A stretch of DNA of 64,000 nt from an uncultured virus (IMG/VR IMGVR_UViG_3300033075_001055) (lineage: Duplodnaviria; Heunggongvirae; Uroviricota; Caudoviricetes). The notes beneath the pieces were generated by a model, which saw only the letters and a program-made list of their open reading frames with translations, did not search any database and was not told where the DNA came from. The stretch lies in IMG/VR virus record IMGVR_UViG_3300033075_001055, one strand, 5' to 3'. Position numbers and translations under genes: made by a program. Positions 28,418-36,579 of the stretch are shown here, piece by piece; position 1 is the stretch's first letter, and the number at the start of each line of letters is the position of its first letter.

Positions 28418-28523
28418 GATTAATAACAACTACCACGGCCGCACATTTCGCGTCAAGAACAACTAGCACGAACAAGCGATTTCTCTTCGCCAACCCGGCG
28501 GGTGGGGTGGGTCATTTTCGGTT

Positions 28524-29486
28524 CTACCGAGATGGACCGAACGCAACGGCGACCCATGATTCAACTCGGGGCGCGGCTTTCGCGTCAGGCTTTGGCCGTT
28601 GCAGCGGTCCCAGCCGTACGCAGATGCGGCACGACACCTGCGCCATGTCGAGGACCATCTTCGCGTTCCGAGGCAGGACGAGGCCGCAGCGCGGGCTGAC
28701 GTCGCGGCTGCCGTAATGCACGATCTTCGCAGCCTTCATTTCCGCTGCTTCGGCTTGGCGACTTCGGCGGGCCTCTTCGGGCGTCAACTGACCGCTGGGC
28801 TTGACCATCTTCACGGCCAGGTTGCGTGCCTTCGGCGATGGCTTGAGCACTTCACGCAGCGCCGCAGCAAACTTTGGCAGCGCAATTTCTTCCAGCTGCC
28901 GGATGCGCTCTCTGGTCAACCCGAACAACTCGCCGACTTCTTCAAGCGTTAGCCCGTCGGCGCGCTTGATCAAGATCGTTCGTTCACGCTCCCGAAGACG
29001 GGCCAGCGCCTTGTGTGTCAATCTGGCATCATCGGCCCGCAGCGCCATCTCCAGCGGCGACGGTTCATGTGACCGCAGGGTGTCGATGATCTCTTGGTCG
29101 GAATCTTCGGAGTGATTCACCTTTTCGTTCGCCGAGATGACGATCGGACCACGCTTACCTTTGTCCCATGCTTCAACCGGGACGCGGATAACGCTGGCCT
29201 GACCCTTGGTGACGCCCATCAGATGCCAGATGATGCGGTCCCAACAATAGGTCGAAAAGACCACTCCCACCGATATATCAAACGAATCGATCGCCATCAG
29301 AACAGCGACCTTCGCCTCAGTCTCTAGATCTTCGCGGTCCATCTTGGACAGACGCGCGAACCTCGCCGCGTGCTTCCGAATGGCACCGGACATCGAATCG
29401 ACGAGTTCGGCCCTGGCGCGCTTGCACTCTCTGCGACCGAGTAGTTCAAACTGGTAGCGATGAAGCGGGGTTCGTTCGGCTTCCAT
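28524..29486 (-). CDS. sigma70-family RNA polymerase sigma factor with a C-terminal extension
   Basis: region 2 EDL...AIDSFD....FSTY; region 4 L.ERERTIL...TLEEVGELFGLTRERIRQLE. Confidence 0.88.
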   Translation of the reverse strand: MEAERTPLHRYQFELLGRRECKRARAELVDSMSGAIRKHAARFARLSKMDREDLETEAKVAVLMAIDSFDISVGVVFSTYCWDRIIWHLMGVTKGQASVIRVPVEAWDKGKRGPIVISANEKVNHSEDSDQEIIDTLRSHEPSPLEMALRADDARLTHKALARLRERERTILIKRADGLTLEEVGELFGLTRERIRQLEEIALPKFAAALREVLKPSPKARNLAVKMVKPSGQLTPEEARRSRQAEAAEMKAAKIVHYGSRDVSPRCGLVLPRNAKMVLDMAQVSCRICVRLGPLQRPKPDAKAAPRVESWVAVAFGPSR

Positions 29487-30044
29487 CTACTTCCCCTCCG
29501 TCAGCACGTCCGACTCCCCGACGCAGTAAGCCCAAGTCTTCGGGCCAAGCAAAGACTTCCACAATTTCGCGCGACACCCAGACACGGCGCGCTTTCCGGC
29601 ACAAATCAAACGAAAGTGCTTAGGGCTGTCCAAGACCAGATTCGCCAGCCATTCGGGATCGTTCTCCTCTCCGTGGCAAAAGACCTCAGCCAAACGCTTC
29701 CCAAACTCAACTGGCGTCTTCCACCGTGGATGGACTTCCCGCGGTTTGCGTGGACTCGCTCTCTTCATCTCGCCATGCCGGCGCATATGAGCCAAATTAC
29801 TCGGGAAAATCTCCAAATTATCGGGATGGTTGTTCGTCTTGTCGCAGTCGATGTGGTGGACCGTTTCTCCGGGCAGCAATGGTCTGCCAAGTTTCCGCGC
29901 AGCGACAATCCGATGCTCCAAAATCCTCCGATAGAAGCCAGGCTCCCCGACGCGTACCCAACTGTACCCAGACGCAAATACGCCACGCTCCGGGATGATG
30001 TTATTGAGTTCCCACTGGGTCAAACGCCGCTGCGCTTCTTGCAT
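29487..30044 (-). CDS. HNH endonuclease (paralogue of 27690-28238)
   Basis: EHRIVAARKLGRPL...VHHIDCDKTNNHPDNL...H. Confidence 0.85.
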   Translation of the reverse strand: MQEAQRRLTQWELNNIIPERGVFASGYSWVRVGEPGFYRRILEHRIVAARKLGRPLLPGETVHHIDCDKTNNHPDNLEIFPSNLAHMRRHGEMKRASPRKPREVHPRWKTPVEFGKRLAEVFCHGEENDPEWLANLVLDSPKHFRLICAGKRAVSGCRAKLWKSLLGPKTWAYCVGESDVLTEGK

Positions 30045-30046
30045 GG

Positions 30047-30220
30047 CTACCGTGCCTCCTCGCTGCTCTGCGCTTTCCTAACGATGGCAGGGCCAGCCTC
30101 CAGCACGCACAACTTCACGAACTCAGAGCGCGTCATCCCGGCGGCATCCTTCATGCCGTCGAGCTTGGCTCGGAACTTCGCAGGGACGGAAATATTGACA
30201 GGCACCGTATCTAGACTCAT
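30047..30220 (-). CDS. ribbon-helix-helix (CopG-like) protein
   Basis: VNISVP...KLD....GMTRSEFV; preceded by TTGCGC-N18-TACCAT-N7-ATG. Confidence 0.75.
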   Translation of the reverse strand: MSLDTVPVNISVPAKFRAKLDGMKDAAGMTRSEFVKLCVLEAGPAIVRKAQSSEEAR

Positions 30221-30543
30221 GCGCGGCATGGTACTCCTATGCGCAGCGTGGGCGCAAGGGATAAGTTAGGAAAGTGCAGCATCCCCGCACGAAAAACGCC
30301 CCGCCGCTACTCGGGGGTGGGGGAGGGTAGAGCGAACTACAGCACCACCCCAACCCTGTCCAGTGCCTGATCAGCAGCAGCCCATAGCCCGTCACTCGGC
30401 TTTTCGATAATCCGCCAGACCCATGAGCCGTTCACTCGCTCATGCCGTTTAAGGACGTGCCCAGGACCGCCGCCCGGAAAAAACACGCCATACCATCTAC
30501 CGCGGTGACTGAACTCAACTCGATTGCGCCTTGGTTTCTTCAT

Positions 30544-30852
30544 CTACTTCCCCTCCTCTCTCTTCCGCCACAGCATCGCGCCCCGTTCCGTCAACTGCCA
30601 GCCGGTCGGGTAGTAGGCGTGGCAAACCCCTCCCGATAGGAGATAGCGACCGCACCAGGTATCGACCGACATTTGATGCAACTGGCGTTGAAACGCGCGC
30701 TTCTGTTCTGGGGCGACGTTCAGCCCGCGCATCAGGTCCGACAGACGCACGGGCGTACAGGAAACACACTTCACGTTGTCGTGCCACGCATGCCGGTCGT
30801 ACAAAAACTTGACCACGGCTTCGGGCGCGACGGGGTATAGGGCGCGGTTCAT
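30544..30852 (-). CDS. possible winged-helix protein
   Basis: helical core ending WQLTERG. Confidence 0.5.
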   Translation of the reverse strand: MNRALYPVAPEAVVKFLYDRHAWHDNVKCVSCTPVRLSDLMRGLNVAPEQKRAFQRQLHQMSVDTWCGRYLLSGGVCHAYYPTGWQLTERGAMLWRKREEGK

Positions 30853-31168
30853 GGGGTGGTTCCGGCGACCGTGCGCACCATCTGACTTTTCGCGATCCGG
30901 GTAGCGTACCGCTGCGCCTTCTGTTGTGACAGCGTGCGCAGATGGTCAACTGCCGCGACGTGGTCATAAGATGCATATGCGCCTAGTTGTTCCTTGCCGC
31001 AGTACGAACACCACAGAATGATCTGCTGACGCAGCGCGCACCCATTACACGGTACCGTTGAGCGATGAATTGCGACCGCGGCGCAGCAACTTAGCAGCGT
31101 CGCGTTGACGTGCGAGGAACAGCACGCGGTCAACGGCAACGCGCGGGTCATGGTTAGCGATTGCCCGA

Positions 31169-31360
31169 TCATTGCGCTCCCTCCTTCGTTTCAGCACCCG
31201 CAGACGCATACGGCAACAGTCGCCCCGACGTAATCGCCCACTCGACGACTTCAGCAAGCATCGACGAGCGCGACCGGAAAGGCCCCGCGGCTGCGTCCAG
31301 TGCCTCGACATGACGCGGCGGCAGAGCTACAGAAAGTCCCTGTACTGGTTCTTTGGCCAT
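31169..31360 (-). CDS. ribbon-helix-helix protein (paralogue of 28235-28417)
   Basis: MAKEPV..SVALP.RH..ALDAAAGPFRSRSSMLAEVVEWAITSGRL shared. Confidence 0.7.
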   Translation of the reverse strand: MAKEPVQGLSVALPPRHVEALDAAAGPFRSRSSMLAEVVEWAITSGRLLPYASAGAETKEGAQ

Positions 31361-31461
31361 GATTGATAACTGCTATCACGGCCGCACACTTTAAGGCAAG
31401 CGCGAATTACTCAGCGTTGCCGATTTTGCCGCCTCATTTGAGGTCGAAAAATCGGCAACAG

Positions 31462-31884
31462 TTACGCTGGCCCCGTCGGAAGCGGGCGGTAGTGCGTGGG
31501 GGCGTACGTCCCTGTTGGGTGACTAGCCAACACCCATCCGTCATAGGAACTAAGATAGCGCAGCACGGCGCAACCAAATGGCGGAACCCAGGCCAGTACC
31601 GCCGTCCCATCCTTGGGCGCCTCGGAAATCGGCCGCCACTCCGCGAGCTGTTGCAGGCGCCGGAGTTCGGCGGTCAGTTGGGGCAGCAGTTCTCTCGCGC
31701 CTATGATCGCGCGCTTGTTATTCGGCCAGAGTGCGTGACTGCCCGCGAGGTTGTCGCTGGGACCGAAACAGACGATATTCCCGACGATGTTGGCGCGTGT
31801 GCCAATCGAATCGCCGTCATCAGTCCATGGCCCTGGCGTGCCCATGCACATGATTTGGATAGCTCGTTCAATCAGCGCGTCCAT
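31462..31884 (-). CDS. Ead/Ea22-like N-terminus fused to a DUF551-like domain
   Basis: TPGPW motif; WRPISEAPKDGT...PTHYRPLP. Confidence 0.75.
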   Translation of the reverse strand: MDALIERAIQIMCMGTPGPWTDDGDSIGTRANIVGNIVCFGPSDNLAGSHALWPNNKRAIIGARELLPQLTAELRRLQQLAEWRPISEAPKDGTAVLAWVPPFGCAVLRYLSSYDGWVLASHPTGTYAPTHYRPLPTGPA

Positions 31885-32039
31885 TACTTGGGCTCCTTCG
31901 CTTGTTCGGCCAGTCTCTTTGCAGCGCGCAAAGCCTGCTTCGCCACAGCCCGCGTGCAGTGAAAAGCTTGCATCAGCAGGCGGACCACAGCGGCTTGCGA
32001 CTGTCCCGCGCGCAGGGCTTCGATTGCGAGCGCGATCAT
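31884..32039 (-). CDS. hypothetical 51-aa protein (below the ORF-track cutoff)
   Basis: MIALAIEALRAGQ...KEPK; ATGA and TAATG overlaps at its ends. Confidence 0.55.
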   Translation of the reverse strand: MIALAIEALRAGQSQAAVVRLLMQAFHCTRAVAKQALRAAKRLAEQAKEPK

Positions 32040-32211
32040 GCTTCACCCGCGTCCATCTTCGCGACCAGCCGCCACAGCCCCGCCGTTGCCTTGCGCCATT
32101 CCATGCGCGCGGTTCTGAGTTCGTGTTGGCACTGTTCAACGCGGCCTTGCCCTTTTATTGCCGCCGGCCTCCGAATAAAAGTGCTGGCGGCGGAATAAAA
32201 GTGCAGCCGGC

Positions 32212-32457
32212 CTAGCGCCTCTTTTCCGCCGCCTTTGCCCGCCCCTCACGCTTCGCAGCAAGCCGCTTCATTTCCGTTAGCGTCTCCCGCTCGCGATCGA
32301 CCAACTCGCGCGCAGCCTTCTCTAGAAGCGCGTTCATGCTGCCCCCAGGTTCCAGGGCCGCCAGCAACCTCAGTTCCTCGTACAACTCCGTCGGGAAGTT
32401 GATCGTCGATTTGTGCAATCCGCCGGGCTCAGACGCGGCGACTTTCCTCGGTGCCAT
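32212..32457 (-). CDS. transposon cargo: ribbon-helix-helix protein
   Basis: STINFPTELYEELR...SMNALL; TTGACC-N17-TCTGTT-N6-ATG. Confidence 0.7.
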   Translation of the reverse strand: MAPRKVAASEPGGLHKSTINFPTELYEELRLLAALEPGGSMNALLEKAARELVDRERETLTEMKRLAAKREGRAKAAEKRR

Positions 32458-32576
32458 GGCAGCAACAGAACACGCTACCTGCATAGGGTCAAAACCTTCC
32501 TCGACGGAATATGTGCATTAATTTCCCATATGCAATGCCTTCTGATATGCATAGCAAGCACATCAGGAGGCCACCA

Positions 32577-32897
32577 ATGAACGAGAGAACTCAGAGTTCA
32601 CGCCCGCGAAAATTGGCTACCATCGCCGCACGCCTAGACCTCAGCGATGAAAAACAACGCTTCGTCCACGACGCAATACGACGCACGCACACGGGACGTT
32701 GGCCACTTTGGCAAGCGTTGGCGATGCGTCAGATTGGGCCGTTTCTCGTCGAGGCAGTGCGCTGGCGTCCGCGACACCTGAAAGAACGCGCCACTTTTAG
32801 CGTGGTCCGTTGGGACAGCAATCAGATGGCCGTCACGTGGACCTATGCGCGTTCCCGAGAGGCTGCCATCGCTGCTCTGCGTTCATTCTCTGCCTAG
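32577..32897 (+). CDS. transposon cargo: hypothetical Trp/Arg-rich protein
   Basis: AGGAGG RBS; divergent from the RHH gene. Confidence 0.65.
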   Translation: MNERTQSSRPRKLATIAARLDLSDEKQRFVHDAIRRTHTGRWPLWQALAMRQIGPFLVEAVRWRPRHLKERATFSVVRWDSNQMAVTWTYARSREAAIAALRSFSA

Positions 32898-33145
32898 TTT
32901 CCCAACCGTCGCAGCGACGGAAGCGCTAGGACAAGAGACCGCGATTGATGAGTTGGCCGCTCAAGCCTAACCGCGCGCCATTCCAATAGTCCGTCCGCGC
33001 TCGGATGCAATCATCCGCACAATTTTCAACGTCAGCACACCGACGAAACCGGCATTAATACGCCATGCGGTCACGAAGATCGCATTGACAGCGATTCGGG
33101 CATTCGCCTACTTTTCTCCCATCTTGAGAAAGAGGAGGAATCACA

Positions 33146-33595
33146 ATGGCTTACCGGATCTTGGCGGATGGTAGCGTCGAAGGCTCGACGGTCGAAGAGA
33201 CGATCGCCCTGTATCGTGCCTTGGCGTCCGAAAAGGGCCTCGCGCCACGCGAAGACAAACCAGCCAAGCGGCGGGGTCGCCGGGCTTCTGTGAGGCCGCT
33301 CGCGGGCGCACATGATGACCCATCCTGGGCGGCATTTGTTGAGGTCCTGAATCCGCATCAACGCGATGTCCTGCGAAAGATTCGCGAAGATCAGCGAGTT
33401 TTGCGCAGCGAGATCGTTGAACTGGTCAAAGAGACCGGGAAGTCGTTTGCGCGAACGATGGAGGCGATCAAGGATGCCGTCGCGAATGCCGGCCTCAAAC
33501 AAGCCGATGTCTTCTCTCGGGAATACGAAGGCTTCGGCGCGGAGAAGGTGACGCACTACGTCGCCGGCAAGAAACTGCTGGCCAACGAGCTATAG
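33146..33595 (+). CDS. transposon cargo: possible winged-helix DNA-binding protein
   Basis: TTGACA-N18-TACTTT promoter (33085-33114); GAGGAGG RBS; LNPHQRDVL...SEIVEL helix pattern. Confidence 0.7.
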   Translation: MAYRILADGSVEGSTVEETIALYRALASEKGLAPREDKPAKRRGRRASVRPLAGAHDDPSWAAFVEVLNPHQRDVLRKIREDQRVLRSEIVELVKETGKSFARTMEAIKDAVANAGLKQADVFSREYEGFGAEKVTHYVAGKKLLANEL

Positions 33596-33993
33596 CGATC
33601 GGAGGAATGACCATGACCCTCAGAAGAACAATAGCCGCTACGTAAACTTGTTCAGCGTACGTAGCGGCTATAACCCAGACAAGCTGGGCGACAGTCGTTC
33701 CCCGTTTCCACAAGGCACTCCCGTCGGTTGGCACCACGGAGCCTAGTTGAAGCGGGGCGCGGCTTCAATATTTTTCCGCAGCAACGGGACAGGTGCGCGT
33801 TGCGCTTGTTCCAACTAGGCCCCTTGGTTAGTGAGGCGACAAAATGGTCGCGAGCCCATGTAGGACCTGCGGGTGTGTCCCGTCGGTGATCTTCCGAAAA
33901 TCGCGTCTCGATGAACGTACGGGACGCCGCATTTATGCGCGGCGATGCTTCTGCATCCCGATCTATTCGTGCGGCTGCCCTAGCAAGTAGGAT

Positions 33994-34032
33994 GCGAGCG
34001 CCCGCCGCGTCGTTCTGGCGGCGGGCGCTCGC
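33994..34032 (-). terminator. 15-bp GC hairpin right after the RHH stop
   Basis: GCGAGCGCCCGCCGC-N9-GCGGCGGGCGCTCGC; no U-tract. Confidence 0.55.
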
Positions 34033-34223
34033 TACGTCTTCTTGTTCTCCTGTTTCGCGACGCGCAACAGCCTCTCCGTGACCCATGCCGAGATGCTAAT
34101 GCCCGCCTTCGTGGCAGCGGCCTTGAACGCTTCCATGTGCGCCTCGGACACCCGCACGCGAAGGTGTGCTTCTTTGCGCATATCGTCAGGCTTCCGGCGC
34201 TCAATTTTGTCTGTCTTAGGCAT
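34032..34223 (-). CDS. transposon cargo: RHH (MobC/DUF1778-like) regulator
   Basis: LRVRVSE...FKAAA...GISISAWV; TTGCGT-N17-TACGTT-N6-ATG. Confidence 0.78.
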   Translation of the reverse strand: MPKTDKIERRKPDDMRKEAHLRVRVSEAHMEAFKAAATKAGISISAWVTERLLRVAKQENKKT

Positions 34224-34301
34224 GCCGCAAACGTATTCCATTTGCCCCACCGACGCAAGTACGATTTTCCTTGGTATTTGTGGGTCTAATGTAATACATC
34301 A

Positions 34302-35621
34302 GTGCGCGTGGAAACGAGCGCTGCGGAAAACTTCTCGACGGATTTCGCCCCTCTCTCGACGACACGCGAGGAGCGCGGGCGTCAGATCGCTAAGCGTGGC
34401 GGCATTAAGCAGATCGGTTCACGGTACGCCGTCCCGTCTCAGTCCGGCGGTGCAAGCGCCTACGTCGTCGATATCGTCGAGGAGTCGTGTTCCTGCCCAG
34501 ATTGGGAACTTCACCAGAACAGCTTTCGCTGCAAACACGTTCATGCGACGTATTTCTGGCTGGCCTGGGGCTCTGAAGTGAACGCGGACGGCAGTACAAC
34601 CGAGACGGTCACGGTCAAGAAAGTGACCCGCCCGAATCAGCCGCGCGATTGGAGCGCCTATACGAGCGCTCAGGCGAACGAAGGGATCTACGTCGAGCGC
34701 ATGCTTCGCGCGCTTTGTGACGGCATTGAGCAGCCTGCGCGCAAGGCTGGCCCCGGTCGCCCGGCGATCCCGCTCAAAGATCAGGCGTTCTCCGCCATCG
34801 CGAAGGTCTACAGCCTCAAATCGCAGCGTCGCGCACAGTCCGACCTGGCCGACAGCGTCGCGAAGGGCAACCTAGACCGCGTCTCGCACATCAATGCGAT
34901 CTCAAACTTCCTGGGCGATGAAGCCTCAACGGCGATCTTGATCTCGCTCGTCGAAGAGAGCGCGAAGCCACTCGCGGCGCTGGAGAACGGGCAGTTCGCG
35001 ATCGATTCCACGGGCTTTTCGACGACGGTTTACGAGCGTTGGTTTTCGGTTCGTCATCAACGCGCCGTCTCGACGCACCCATGGGTGAAACTGCATCTGG
35101 CCTGTGGCACGGTCACGCATGCGATCACTGCCGTCAAAGTCACGCCCGAGGGCGACTGCCCGCAACTTCCCGATCTGCTCAAGCAGACGATGAAGAACTT
35201 CGACGTGCGCGAGCTGAGCGCTGATAAGGCTTACGGCAGCAAAGAAAACTTCCGAGTGATGGACTCGTTCGGCGTCGCAGCGTTCGTGCCGTTCAAAATC
35301 ACCGCCAAGATCGACCCGAAGTGCGAGACGTGGTCACGCCACCTGAGCGAGTTCCTGTTTAACCAGGAGCGGTTTTTGCCCCACTATCACCGACGGTCGA
35401 ACGTCGAAACGGTCATGTTCATGCTCAAGGCCAAGTTCGGCGCCGCGGTGCGGTCCAAGAGCCCCGTCGCGCAAATGAACGAAGTTCTCGCCAAGTGCGT
35501 GCTGCACAACCTGACCTGCATCGTTCAAGCGATCTTCACCGCTGGCCTCACGCCGCGATTCTGGCAGGACGCAGCGCCCGTGACGCCCGCCAGCCGCCCC
35601 ACCCTGACCCTGGTGCCCTAA
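34302..35621 (+). CDS. DDE transposase (IS5/IS4 superfamily) with an N-terminal SWIM zinc finger
   Basis: CSCPD-x8-CKH SWIM motif; DWSAY; AIDSTG; WVKLH; SADKAY; YHRRSNVETVMFMLK (YREK). Confidence 0.9.
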   Translation: MRVETSAAENFSTDFAPLSTTREERGRQIAKRGGIKQIGSRYAVPSQSGGASAYVVDIVEESCSCPDWELHQNSFRCKHVHATYFWLAWGSEVNADGSTTETVTVKKVTRPNQPRDWSAYTSAQANEGIYVERMLRALCDGIEQPARKAGPGRPAIPLKDQAFSAIAKVYSLKSQRRAQSDLADSVAKGNLDRVSHINAISNFLGDEASTAILISLVEESAKPLAALENGQFAIDSTGFSTTVYERWFSVRHQRAVSTHPWVKLHLACGTVTHAITAVKVTPEGDCPQLPDLLKQTMKNFDVRELSADKAYGSKENFRVMDSFGVAAFVPFKITAKIDPKCETWSRHLSEFLFNQERFLPHYHRRSNVETVMFMLKAKFGAAVRSKSPVAQMNEVLAKCVLHNLTCIVQAIFTAGLTPRFWQDAAPVTPASRPTLTLVP

Positions 35622-35971
35622 TGTCCGACCTAGACCCCAAAGAACAAGGCCACGTCCGCGCCGCGATGCGCTTCCTGCGTAACCGTGTCGGGACGTGGGC
35701 GACCGTTGCAGCGGCGCTCCATTCATCGCCCAAGACAATCGAGAACGTGATCGGCGGGCGTGAGGTGTCGGCAAGCCTTGCGCTGCGCGTGGCGCGTCTA
35801 CTGGACGCGTCCATGGACGATCTACTGGCTGGACGTTTTCAGCCCGGCGCATGTCCTAAGTGCGGTCATGTGCCGAGTTACATGCCGCGGCTTGAGTCTG
35901 ACTTCGCGGATGAATCAACCATCGTGGAAGACGCACTGCGACCGGCTGCGGGCCTCGCGTTGGTGAAATAG
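35621..35971 (+). CDS. transposon cargo: XRE-like HTH protein with a CPKC motif
   Basis: TAATG coupling to the transposase; WATVAAAL..SPKTI...ALRVARLL..SMDDLL. Confidence 0.75.
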   Translation: MSDLDPKEQGHVRAAMRFLRNRVGTWATVAAALHSSPKTIENVIGGREVSASLALRVARLLDASMDDLLAGRFQPGACPKCGHVPSYMPRLESDFADESTIVEDALRPAAGLALVK

Positions 35972-35997
35972 AACCAGGTAGCCGCTAGGGTCATCCA

Positions 35998-36252
35998 TCA
36001 TTTGCATCCATGCGGCGCGTCTGGTCCTTCAAGTCCCTCAAAGTTTTCCACATCGGCACAGGGTACAAGTTCGCCGTCACCTATGCACAGCGGACCCACA
36101 ACCCGTCGTGAGGATGTGCCCTCATCTTCCTGCCATAAAGCGAACACCGTGACCGGGCTACGCGTGTTTGTCCCGTCTTTCTCTTTGAAGATCGCGTAGT
36201 AGTCTGCCGGAGCAGGCATGATTTGAAGAATTTTTCGTGTGGTTGCGCGCAT
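35998..36252 (-). CDS. transposon cargo: hypothetical beta-rich protein
   Basis: ILQIMPAPADYYAIF...VFALW; lies inside the right TIR. Confidence 0.6.
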   Translation of the reverse strand: MRATTRKILQIMPAPADYYAIFKEKDGTNTRSPVTVFALWQEDEGTSSRRVVGPLCIGDGELVPCADVENFEGLEGPDAPHGCK

Positions 36253-36579
36253 GGTGCCCGCCAGGTTAGCGCGCAGAATGCGCGCCCGCGAGGAGCTTTT
36301 GAGCAAACCCCGCGCAGCGATCGCAACGCCTGAGTGCATCAAGTCCGGCATAAAAAAGTGCAGCGTCGACCAATAAAAGTGCAGCGTCGGCGCTCAGGGC
36401 AATAAAAAGGCAAAGCCGTTCAACGCGCGTGTCAGTCATGGGAGGCTCACCCGGCAAAGGAGCGCCGTCGAGTTTCCGCTTTGCGTCCAGCCGCAGACGA
36501 CGAGCGCGAGCCATGCGGATCGCGAACTGCTCCAACTTGCTGAACGCGCGCAACTCGTCGGACACGTTCGGGAATTTGC

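Larger units (their letters stand above)
32143..36417. mobile_element. 4,275-bp IS5/IS903-like cargo transposon
   Basis: TIRs GGCCTTGCCCTTTTATTGCC and GGCTTTGCCTTTTTATTGCC (18/20); 9-bp duplication GTTCAACGC at 32134-32142 and 36418-36426; internal DDE transposase. Confidence 0.92.

Noticed and set aside
31885..32139. N-terminal extension of the 225-aa ORF 31462-32139, and the C-terminal half of ORF 36266-36583
   Set aside because: The first is an alternative-frame read-through over two real small genes; the second reads into the transposon end.
32174..32204. Mini CRISPR array
   Set aside because: Only two 11-bp units with a 9-bp gap; better explained as transposon subterminal repeats. No cas genes or regular repeat-spacer array anywhere in the window.
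34302..35621. Mu-type replicative transposase of the phage itself
   Set aside because: Motifs are IS5/IS4-like, there is no MuB partner, and it lies within its own TIRs and target duplication. The phage has a separate initiator and loader.
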